DNA of 64,000 nucleotides, from NCBI GenBank assembly GCA_964344635.1, contig CAYFOE010000001.1, positions 4,101-68,100 of the forward strand, given 5' to 3'. Positions 1-7,779 of the stretch are shown here, piece by piece (within the stretch, counting starts at the first letter, position 1; each line of letters opens with the position of its first letter). The DNA is from Candidatus Woesearchaeota archaeon. GTDB taxonomy: Archaea > Nanobdellota > Nanobdellia > SCGC-AAA011-G17 > UBA489. A program made the position numbers and the translations under genes. The notes under the pieces were generated by a model. That model made no database searches, was not told where the DNA came from, and worked only from the letters and a program-made list of their open reading frames with translations.

Positions 1-231
1 TACCAGAAATCTAAAGGTAAACTAGTAATTGTTGGTTGCGGAGGCATAAGCAATGCAATGGACGCCTACATTAAGATAAGAAACGGAGCTTCATTAGTTC
101 AATTAATCACCGGCATGATATATGAAGGCCCGCAAGCAATCAGTGAAATTAACTTAGGATTAGTTGAATTGTTAAAAAGAGACGGATTTGAGAACGTTTC
201 CGAAGCTATTGGCATAGATACAAGAAATTAA
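1..231 (+). CDS. pyrD: dihydroorotate dehydrogenase, C-terminal fragment (5' end outside window)
   Basis: Frame 1 translates to ...LVIVGCGGISNAMDAYIKIRNGASLVQLITGMIYEGPQAISEINLGLVELLKRDGF..., matching the conserved C-terminus of dihydroorotate dehydrogenase; stop TAA at 229-231. Confidence 0.6.
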   Translation, partial: YQKSKGKLVIVGCGGISNAMDAYIKIRNGASLVQLITGMIYEGPQAISEINLGLVELLKRDGFENVSEAIGIDTRN

Positions 232-288
232 TTACTTTGAAGTAGTTAAAATAATAAGACTTATAAATTGATTTTCTAAAATCTAATC

Positions 289-894
289 ATGAACCACAAA
301 TATTTTAGATCATTTGAAGCAGAATCCGAATCAAGAATAATCGGAAGTACCCTAGCAAGACACCTCAAAGAAAAAAATATTGGCAGAATCATATTCATGG
401 ACTCTTCAGCAAGGCCAACATACATTGCACTAAAAAAATCTTGGAAGAAAAAATTTCCAAACCTAGAAACTCCTGAAATTTATTTTACAAACCCACAAGG
501 CTACAACCTTAGAGAAAGAGATGTTGAAGAAATTGCAGAAGAGTTCGATACCACCTATCCAAAGTTATCCCGAGATAAAGAAACCGGACTGATGTTATTT
601 GATGTATGTGTAAACAAAGGACAAGCAATGAGAGACATAACAGAAGTTCTTAGAACCTCAGGCTACTCAGACATAAGAATAGGCCTAGCCCAACCCAAAC
701 ACCTAGACGTAGAAAACAGAGATGTTAGTGTTGATTTTGTAAGCCTAAGAGATGTTTCTTGGAACTACTGCAAACCCTTCACAAAAGACCATGCAATTGA
801 AAAAAGTGGAAATTTGTTATCCGCCAGAACCAAAAACGAAAGGAAAAGTAAACTTGCAAGAGAACTAAGAAAAGAACTCACTAGCCTATTCTAA
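289..894 (+). CDS. hypothetical protein (201 aa); weak resemblance to a phosphoribosyltransferase-type nucleotide-binding loop (LMLFDVCVNKGQA)
   Basis: Long ORF in the track with no antisense competitor; ends 2 nt before the tRNA-Thr on the opposite strand. Confidence 0.4.
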   Translation: MNHKYFRSFEAESESRIIGSTLARHLKEKNIGRIIFMDSSARPTYIALKKSWKKKFPNLETPEIYFTNPQGYNLRERDVEEIAEEFDTTYPKLSRDKETGLMLFDVCVNKGQAMRDITEVLRTSGYSDIRIGLAQPKHLDVENRDVSVDFVSLRDVSWNYCKPFTKDHAIEKSGNLLSARTKNERKSKLARELRKELTSLF

Positions 895-895
895 G

Positions 896-968
896 AGCCA
901 CCGAAGGGATTTGAACCCTCAACCTTCGCTTTACGAGAGCGATGCTCTAACCATTGAGCCACGGTGGC
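896..968 (-). tRNA. tRNA-Thr (anticodon CGU)
   Basis: Reverse complement GCCACCGUGGCUCAAUGGUUAGAGCAUCGCUCUCGUAAAGCGAAGGUUGAGGGUUCAAAUCCCUUCGGUGGCU folds as a cloverleaf: 7-bp acceptor, GCUC/GAGC D-stem, anticodon loop CUCGUAA, GAGGG/CCCUU T-arm with UUCAAAU loop. Confidence 0.8.
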
Positions 969-971
969 AGG

Positions 972-1127
972 TTACTTCGTTAACTTTTCTAGAATTTCTT
1001 CATGAGAACTAGACTTTTGACAAGTAGAACATACAAACTTCCTACTCTTTCCTGAACCCACATAAGTACCAAGAGGCTTTTCTAAGAAGATTAATTCGGC
1101 CTTCCCCTTACAGATCTCACATTTCAT
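972..1127 (-). CDS. small zinc-ribbon protein (51 aa, CxxC...CxxC), below the ORF-track cutoff
   Basis: Minus-strand ATG at 1125-1127 gives MKCEICKGKAELIFLEKPLGTYVGSGKSRKFVCSTCQKSSSHEEILEKLTK, stop at 972-974; two Cys pairs. Confidence 0.4.
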   Translation of the reverse strand: MKCEICKGKAELIFLEKPLGTYVGSGKSRKFVCSTCQKSSSHEEILEKLTK

Positions 1128-1163
1128 AGATTTTTGTTACTGTAAAGCTTTTTAAATCTTGTT

Positions 1164-2012
1164 TTGAGACTAGAAATCATGAAAGACTATATTGGCGGAC
1201 AAGCAGTAGTGGAAGGCGTAATGATGGCCAGCAGGAAGAAAGTAGCTGTGTCTGTAAGAAAAAACGACGGCAAAATTAAAACTAAAACCGAAAAAAGAAA
1301 CAATATTTCTGAAAAATTCAAAAAAACCATATTCTTGAGAGGATTGGTCTCACTATTCGAGATGCTTTATATCGGCACAAAAGCCCTAATGTGGAGCAGC
1401 AATGAAAACCTAGAAGAAGATGAACAAATCGGTGGATGGGGAATGTTCTTCACACTAATACTATCCTTTGCAGTTGCAATCGGATTATTCATCGCACTAC
1501 CACTATGGTTTAGCAAACTACTTTCAGAAGACAGAATTATTTTCAATGTTTTAGACGGAATATTTAGAGTTGCACTTTTTGTAGCATACCTATGGTTCAT
1601 CTCAAGATTCAAAGACATCCACAGAGTATTCCAGTACCACGGAGCAGAACACAAAGCCGTAAACTGCTATGAAGCAGGCAAAAGTCTAAACGTTAAAAAT
1701 GTTGAAAAATTCTCCAGAATCCATCCAAGATGCGGAACCTCATTCATCTTCATAGTTCTAATAATCAGTATAATCTTATTCTCACTAGTTTGGAGCGAGA
1801 GCTGGTTCTTAAAATTCCTATACAGAATCTTATTGATTCCAGTGATTGCAGCAATCAGTTATGAAATATTAAGATATAATGCAAGAAAACCCAACAAAAT
1901 ACTATGCTTCCTAACCAAACCCGGATTGTGGTTGCAAAAAATAACAACACAAGAACCGGACAAAAAACAATTAGAAGTAGCAATTGCTGCCCTGAAAGCA
2001 GCAAAAAATTAG
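1164..2012 (+). CDS. DUF1385 (YqhQ-like) integral membrane protein
   Basis: N-terminal YIGGQAVVEGVMM motif typical of DUF1385 plus multiple predicted TM helices. Confidence 0.6.
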   Translation: MRLEIMKDYIGGQAVVEGVMMASRKKVAVSVRKNDGKIKTKTEKRNNISEKFKKTIFLRGLVSLFEMLYIGTKALMWSSNENLEEDEQIGGWGMFFTLILSFAVAIGLFIALPLWFSKLLSEDRIIFNVLDGIFRVALFVAYLWFISRFKDIHRVFQYHGAEHKAVNCYEAGKSLNVKNVEKFSRIHPRCGTSFIFIVLIISIILFSLVWSESWFLKFLYRILLIPVIAAISYEILRYNARKPNKILCFLTKPGLWLQKITTQEPDKKQLEVAIAALKAAKN

Positions 2013-2302
2013 CTTTCCCTAACTAAATACAACCTTATAGCTGAAGCCTTCATTAAATCTTCAACAGAGTAAGGTTTGTCTACAGTCAAATCCCCAGTAG
2101 AATAATCAATTTCATGCCTTCTGCAAAAATCCCCATCATTCCAAAGATCTAGAGAGTAATCATTAACGATTCTTAACTCATCAGGGTTAAGAGCCTCCAT
2201 TTCCCTCAAAAGTAAACTTATCTCCACATCATCTAGTGGGAATCTTAAATCCTTACCTAGCACCCCTTCCAAAGTTAAACCGTGCTCAGTGTGAACAGTC
2301 AT
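2009..2302 (-). CDS. hypothetical protein (97 aa), last gene of the nrd-cobA minus-strand cluster
   Basis: ORF co-oriented with and 11 nt downstream of the adenosyltransferase gene; no recognisable motif. Confidence 0.35.
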   Translation of the reverse strand: MTVHTEHGLTLEGVLGKDLRFPLDDVEISLLLREMEALNPDELRIVNDYSLDLWNDGDFCRRHEIDYSTGDLTVDKPYSVEDLMKASAIRLYLVRES

Positions 2303-2313
2303 TCTGTTTCCTC

Positions 2314-2913
2314 CTAGTATTCAATACCTTTTCTTGCTAAAATCCCAGAATCATAGGGATGTTTTACCCTCTTTACCTCACTTACTAGGTCAGCGAAGTC
2401 TTTTATTTCTTTTGGTGCATCCCGACCAGTCAAAATTACCTCCACATGCCCGGGTTTAGACCTTAGAAGCTCTAAAACGTCTTCAATCGGGACCATTTCC
2501 CTACCCAAAACACAGTTGATTTCATCCAAAATTACCACATCATGAGCACCAGAACTAATAATGTTCTTTGCATGTTCAAAACCCATCCTCGAAGGTTCTG
2601 TCTCTGTTTTATCTGAAAAGAAAATATACCTCTCCTTATCACTTAGAAAATTTTCTTTTTTTTCATCCGCCTCAAAAGAAATTATCTTCATCTGCTTTTC
2701 CTTTAATGCATCCCTTCCAAATTGAACCAAGTTAAAATTAGGAAGATACTTTTGAATTGAAAACATTTCCCCAGTATCCCCGCCCTTCATAAACTGAATC
2801 ATATAAACAGACATATTGTGACCTAAAGCACGTAACGCCAAACCCAAAGAGGCAGTCGTTTTTCCCTTCCCATCACCAGTATAAACCTGAACTAAACCTT
2901 TCTTTTCTTCCAT
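2314..2913 (-). CDS. cobA: cob(I)alamin/cob(I)yrinic acid a,c-diamide adenosyltransferase (CobA/CobO/BtuR family)
   Basis: VYTGDGKGKTTASLGLALRALGHNMSVYMIQFMKG P-loop signature of the corrinoid adenosyltransferase family. Start trimmed to Met16 (ATG 2911-2913) so it does not overlap the nrdJ stop at 2915-2917. Confidence 0.75.
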   Translation of the reverse strand: MEEKKGLVQVYTGDGKGKTTASLGLALRALGHNMSVYMIQFMKGGDTGEMFSIQKYLPNFNLVQFGRDALKEKQMKIISFEADEKKENFLSDKERYIFFSDKTETEPSRMGFEHAKNIISSGAHDVVILDEINCVLGREMVPIEDVLELLRSKPGHVEVILTGRDAPKEIKDFADLVSEVKRVKHPYDSGILARKGIEY

Positions 2914-2914
2914 C

Positions 2915-4954
2915 TTAAATAGAATTTGATTGAACCACCTGATTTTTCCTGCTACCATCCCTATAGATTGTTATCCCCTTACAATTACTCTTCCAAGCAT
3001 GAAGGTAAACCTTCTCAATATCTTTCATCGTTGTCTGATTCGGAAAGTTAACCGTTTTCGATATTGCATTATCCACAGATTCCTGGAATGCAGCCTGCAT
3101 ATTAACATGCCATTCCGGCGAAATATCATGTGCAACCGTAAACGCCTTCCTCAATTTCAAAGGAATATCTCTGAGCCTCCTTATGGAAGTCCTATTTACA
3201 ATCTTATCAATGATTTCTTCTTTATAGAGTTTATTCTCCTTCAAAGCATCCTTAAGATTACCATCAATGTAAAAGAATTGTTTCCCGCCCATAACCCGCT
3301 TCACATAACTAATTGCAAATAACGGTTCTATACCTGAAGAACAATCTGCAATCATACTAATCGAACCCGTAGGAGCAATACTAAGGCGAGTTGCATTTCT
3401 CATTTCCCTCTTTGCAGTGTTTTTAGAAACATTCCATTGAGGATAGTGCCCCCGAGACTTTGCCAACTCATGCGAGGCATTATCTGCTTCTTTCTTAAAA
3501 AACTTAGCAAGCTTTTTCCCCATCTCAATCCCAGCCTCAGAATCATAAGGAACTCTTAATTTAGCCAACATATCTGCAAAGCCCATAATGCCCAAACCAA
3601 TCTTCCTATAAGACAAAGATTTTTCCTTTATCTCCCTTGAAGGGTAATGCGTCATGTCAATAGTATTGTCTAAGAAGTGGACCGCCGTATGAATTGTTTC
3701 CCTCAACATTTTCCAATCAACCTTTTTATCTTCCGACTCAATAACAAAGTTCCCAACATTAATACTCCCTAACGCACAGGATTCATTCTCGAGCAAAGGT
3801 GCCTCAGCACAAGGACTAGTTGATGAAATATTTTCTTCCCTAGACTTATTATCCTTATTAATACGATCCAAGAAGATTATGCCAGGTTCTCCATTGGTCC
3901 AAGCCGAAGCAATTAATGAATCCCAGACAAACCTAGCCTCAAGATTCCCAACAATTTCATTCGTTCTCGGATCCTTCAAATCATAATCCTCATGCTTTTG
4001 TACAGCCTCCATAAACTCATTAGTTATTCCAACAGAAATATTGAAATTAGTCATACTAGAATCAAGTTCTTTCAATTTTATGAACTTAAGAATATCAGGA
4101 TGGTGGACATTTAAGATACCCATATTTGCCCCGCGCCTTGTTCCACCCTTCTTTATTGCCCCAGTCGCCTCATTGAACACCTTCAGGAAAGGAACCGGTC
4201 CGCTAGAAGAATGGCCATTATTGCTGATCTTAGTGCCCTTCTGCCTTAGTTTTGAAAAAGAAAAACCAGTTCCCGCCCCAGTTTTTTGTATAAGCATTGC
4301 AAGATGCAACGTCTTAAAAATTTGATCAATACTATCCTCCACAGGCAAGACAAAACAAGAAAGCAATTGTTGATTCTTAGTACCAGCATTCATCAAAGTT
4401 GGAGAATTAGGCAGAAAATCTAAATTGAACATTATCTTATAAAATTCTTGCTCTGACTTTTTTGAATCCCCATTTTTATAACTCTTATCTGCATTAGCTA
4501 TATTCTTTGAAATCCTCCTAAACAATTCATTAGGAGTTTCCTTGATTTTACCATTAGAATCCTTTCTAAGATACCTCCCCTTTAGAATCCTTATTGCATT
4601 AATAGATAACTTATTTTTTTCTTTACTGCCCACCAAAGAAACCTTCTCCTCTCTTAACTTTGTTTTTGAATTCCGATACAAAATAAATGACTTTGCAATC
4701 CTTGCCTGACCTTCTTCAATCAGAACCTTTTCTATTGTATCCTGCACATCTTCTACCGAAGGAATGTTTTTTTTATTATAAGTTTTATTTAATTCCTCTA
4801 AAACCTTCTCTGCCAAATTAATTGCAGTCTCTTTTTTCCTTTTTCCAACGGCCTTTGCAGGCTCATTAATTGCCCTAATTAATTTCTTAACATCAAAATC
4901 AACTATAGAATTATCTCTTTTCTTTATTTTATCAAAAGACAGCTCAAGATTCAT
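2915..4954 (-). CDS. nrdJ: class II (adenosylcobalamin-dependent) ribonucleotide reductase, paralog A (divergent active-site loop)
   Basis: SPTLMNAGT, LSCFVLPVEDS, finger loop STSPCAEAPLLENESCALGSIN, CKGITIYRDGSR; 679 aa. Confidence 0.85.
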   Translation of the reverse strand: MNLELSFDKIKKRDNSIVDFDVKKLIRAINEPAKAVGKRKKETAINLAEKVLEELNKTYNKKNIPSVEDVQDTIEKVLIEEGQARIAKSFILYRNSKTKLREEKVSLVGSKEKNKLSINAIRILKGRYLRKDSNGKIKETPNELFRRISKNIANADKSYKNGDSKKSEQEFYKIMFNLDFLPNSPTLMNAGTKNQQLLSCFVLPVEDSIDQIFKTLHLAMLIQKTGAGTGFSFSKLRQKGTKISNNGHSSSGPVPFLKVFNEATGAIKKGGTRRGANMGILNVHHPDILKFIKLKELDSSMTNFNISVGITNEFMEAVQKHEDYDLKDPRTNEIVGNLEARFVWDSLIASAWTNGEPGIIFLDRINKDNKSREENISSTSPCAEAPLLENESCALGSINVGNFVIESEDKKVDWKMLRETIHTAVHFLDNTIDMTHYPSREIKEKSLSYRKIGLGIMGFADMLAKLRVPYDSEAGIEMGKKLAKFFKKEADNASHELAKSRGHYPQWNVSKNTAKREMRNATRLSIAPTGSISMIADCSSGIEPLFAISYVKRVMGGKQFFYIDGNLKDALKENKLYKEEIIDKIVNRTSIRRLRDIPLKLRKAFTVAHDISPEWHVNMQAAFQESVDNAISKTVNFPNQTTMKDIEKVYLHAWKSNCKGITIYRDGSRKNQVVQSNSI

Positions 4955-5002
4955 CTTAATTAAAAGGACTTTTTATTTAAATAGGTGTTGGGCCTACGAG
5001 TT

Positions 5003-7165
5003 TTACTCGCAGGTCTTCACTATTCTTCCATCCTCAATGGTTATTTTACAGGCGTTACCCTCTTCAGTTTTCTCTTCTTGAGAAGCTTCAGGAACCTTTT
5101 CTTTCCCCTTTACTTCACCAATGTTCAGAACTTGATTGTCCCTACTTCCATCCCTGTAAATAGTTATACCCTTACAACCCATCTCCCACGCAGTCAAGTA
5201 TGATTTTTTAACATCATCAATTGTTGCAGAGTGAGGGAAGTTAACAGTCTTAGATATTGAAGAGTCAACATACTTTTGGAAAGCTGCCTGCATCCTTACA
5301 TGCTCTTCAGGAGTTATATCCTGTGCAGTTACAAAGACATTTCTTACGTCTTCAGGAACCTCCCCTATGTTTTGAACCGTCCCAATTTTTGCAATCTTCC
5401 TCATCAGTTCCGGAGATGCAAAACCTCTTTTGTTTGCAACATCTTCAAAGAACCTATTAGTGTAAATCAATTCAGTTCCATCCATCACATTCTTAATATA
5501 AGAAATTGCGAAAGTAGGCTCACAACCACCTGAAGCTTCAGCAAGCATACCGATTGTACCAGTCGGTGCAATGGTTAAGCAACAAGTATTCCTCATCTTC
5601 CTTCCTTCTTTTTGGTGGTCTGAACCTTCCCACCCAGGATAAGTTCCCCTGGTTTCTGCCAATTCTTCAGACATCCGGTAAGACTCATCCTTGAAGAACT
5701 TCATGATCTTTTCTGCCATAGCATACCCTTCATCTGAATTGTACTTGATCCCCAATTCATAGAGTACATCTGCAAAGCCCATGATACCCAAACCAATCTT
5801 TCTAGTTTTCTTCGCCATCTCATCCAGTTGAGAAATAGGGTATTTGTTCATGTCAATTACATCATCTAAGAATCGGACACACAACCTAATACGCTCCCTT
5901 AGTCTTTCCCAATCCATGTCAGTCTTGTCAGAGTTAACAAAATTAGTCAAGTTGATTGAACCCAGATTACATGACTCATAAGGCAGTAATGGTTGTTCCC
6001 CACAAGGATTTGTGCTTTCTATCTCCCCCATGTTCTTCCCAGGATGACCCTGGTTAACCTTGTCAATGAAAATGAACCCAGGATCGCCATTCTTCCACGC
6101 ATTATTAATGATCACAGTGAAAACATCCCTAGCCTTCATCTTCCCAATCGGTTCCTTTGTTTTCGGACAGATTAAGTCATAATCCGTATCATCCTTTACA
6201 GCCTGCATGAACTTATCCGTAGCCGCAACTGAAATGTTAAAGTTCTGAAGAGTCTTCATATCAGCCTTACACTCTATAAATTCCAAAATGTCAGGATGAT
6301 CCACCCTCAAGATCCCCATATTTGCCCCACGTCTTTTTCCCCCTTGCTTAATCACCTCTGTCGCCGCATCAAATACTTTCATAAATGAAACCGGTCCTGA
6401 AGCTACACCAGAAGTTGACCTCACTAAATCATTCTTTGGCCTAAGTCTTGAGAATGAAAAACCAGTCCCCCCACCAGATTTATGGATAAGGGCAGTGTCC
6501 TTAATTGATTGGAAAATTCCCTCCATTGAATCATCAACAGGAAGAACAAAACAAGCACTAAGTTGTTGAATCTTGGTTCCAGCATTCATTATTGTCGGAG
6601 TGTTAGGTAAGAAATCTAAATTAGCAATCAAATCAAAATAAGTTTCTTCAACCTCCCTTACCTGTTCTTCACTTGCACCATAATTATATTCAGCCTGTGC
6701 AATATTATGTGCAATTCTCCTAACCATCTGTTTAGGCGTCTCAATTAATTCGCCATTAGCATCCTTTAACAAATACCTCTTTTCTAAAACCTGTAAAGAA
6801 TTATTCGAGAATTTTAGATTATCCTCTTCATGGCCCTCACCAAGAATCAAAGCCCTCTTAGCCCGCTCTTGAGATTTCTTGAATCTGTACAGAATATACG
6901 CTTTTGCTGTGGAAGTATGGCCTTGGTCCATCAATGTTTTTTCTACCTGGTCTTGGATTTCTTCAACAGTAGGAGTTTTATCTTTGAAATTTTCTTGAAC
7001 TTTTACAGTAACATTTTTTGCAACTGACTCTGCCAGTTCTTTATCCGAGCCACCCACCGACTCTGCTGCCTTGAAAATAGCTTCAGTGATCTTGTTTAAA
7101 TCAAAATCAACAACCCTACCATCCCTCTTTCTTATTTTATTTAATTGACTTTCCATTGTGTTCAC
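5003..7165 (-). CDS. nrdJ: class II (adenosylcobalamin-dependent) ribonucleotide reductase, paralog B (canonical motifs, C-terminal Cys tail)
   Basis: NTPTIMNAGT, SACFVLPVDDS, canonical finger loop STNPCGEQPLLPYESCNLGSIN, CKGITIYRDGSRDNQ, C-terminal ...CKITIEDGRIVKTCE; 720 aa. Confidence 0.85.
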   Translation of the reverse strand: MNTMESQLNKIRKRDGRVVDFDLNKITEAIFKAAESVGGSDKELAESVAKNVTVKVQENFKDKTPTVEEIQDQVEKTLMDQGHTSTAKAYILYRFKKSQERAKRALILGEGHEEDNLKFSNNSLQVLEKRYLLKDANGELIETPKQMVRRIAHNIAQAEYNYGASEEQVREVEETYFDLIANLDFLPNTPTIMNAGTKIQQLSACFVLPVDDSMEGIFQSIKDTALIHKSGGGTGFSFSRLRPKNDLVRSTSGVASGPVSFMKVFDAATEVIKQGGKRRGANMGILRVDHPDILEFIECKADMKTLQNFNISVAATDKFMQAVKDDTDYDLICPKTKEPIGKMKARDVFTVIINNAWKNGDPGFIFIDKVNQGHPGKNMGEIESTNPCGEQPLLPYESCNLGSINLTNFVNSDKTDMDWERLRERIRLCVRFLDDVIDMNKYPISQLDEMAKKTRKIGLGIMGFADVLYELGIKYNSDEGYAMAEKIMKFFKDESYRMSEELAETRGTYPGWEGSDHQKEGRKMRNTCCLTIAPTGTIGMLAEASGGCEPTFAISYIKNVMDGTELIYTNRFFEDVANKRGFASPELMRKIAKIGTVQNIGEVPEDVRNVFVTAQDITPEEHVRMQAAFQKYVDSSISKTVNFPHSATIDDVKKSYLTAWEMGCKGITIYRDGSRDNQVLNIGEVKGKEKVPEASQEEKTEEGNACKITIEDGRIVKTCE

Positions 7166-7173
7166 TCTCCCTC

Positions 7174-7620
7174 TTATTTCTTTAATTTGACTAGTTCAGC
7201 TTCAAAAGACTCAATATCTTCAAAGTCCCTGTAAACTGATGCGAATCTGATGTATGCAACCTTGTCCAATTTTTTTAAAGCACGCATTACGAGTTCCCCA
7301 ATAGTTTTGGAGGTAACCTCAGATTTTGGTTTATTTCTTAGAACAGCTTCAATCCGGTTAACAATCTGATTTATTGTTTCTGAAGTGACAGGTCTTTTCT
7401 GACAAGGTATCTGAATACTTTGCAATAGTTTATTCCTATCATACGGGACTGAAGAACTATCCTTTTTTATTACTCTAAGATCAGTTTCAACTCTTTCATA
7501 AGTAGTGAATCTTTTTTTACATTTGAGGCATTCCCTTCTTCTACGAGTTGCTTCAAAATTTTCTGTTTCTCTGCTATCTACCACCTTTGTTTCATCATTT
7601 TGGCAGTAAGGGCATAACAT
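7174..7620 (-). CDS. nrdR: NrdR transcriptional repressor (zinc ribbon + ATP-cone)
   Basis: MLCPYCQNDETKVVDSRE...RRRRECLKCKKRFTTYERVE...KLDKVAYIRFASVYRDFEDIESF closely matches the NrdR consensus (CPxC...RRRxC..C..RFTT[FY]E, YIRFASVYR). Confidence 0.85.
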   Translation of the reverse strand: MLCPYCQNDETKVVDSRETENFEATRRRRECLKCKKRFTTYERVETDLRVIKKDSSSVPYDRNKLLQSIQIPCQKRPVTSETINQIVNRIEAVLRNKPKSEVTSKTIGELVMRALKKLDKVAYIRFASVYRDFEDIESFEAELVKLKK

Positions 7621-7668
7621 TTTATCACTTCTGAGTCATACTACTGATAGTAGTAATATTTTATTAAA

Positions 7669-7684
7669 ACACTACATATTGTGT
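7669..7684. promoter_or_regulatory. candidate NrdR box (ACACTACATATTGTGT) upstream of nrdR-nrdJ-nrdJ
   Basis: 15 of 16 positions match the NrdR-box palindrome consensus acaCwAtATaTwGtgt; lies about 50 bp upstream of the nrdR start on the transcribed side. Confidence 0.5.
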
Positions 7685-7779
7685 GTTCCGATTGTAAGAA
7701 TTCATGATCATATTTAAATGATAGTGTGTTAATTACTATAGTTTTGAGAATATTTTCTTCGAAATATAGTTAGAATTAA

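Noticed and set aside
1367-1654. 95-aa minus-strand ORF inside the DUF1385 gene
   Set aside because: Antisense to a membrane-protein gene with a conserved N-terminal motif; no features of its own.
2930-6175. Several 60-130-aa plus-strand ORFs inside the two nrdJ genes (2930..3322, 4041..4325, 4985..5203, 5257..5533, 5993..6175)
   Set aside because: All antisense to strongly supported RNR coding sequence with no motifs; typical spurious ORFs.
7714-7729. Second NrdR box candidate TTAAATGATAGTGTGT
   Set aside because: Only the right half matches the consensus and the spacing (about 45 bp) is not the usual 31-32 bp phasing; kept only as a remark in the findings.
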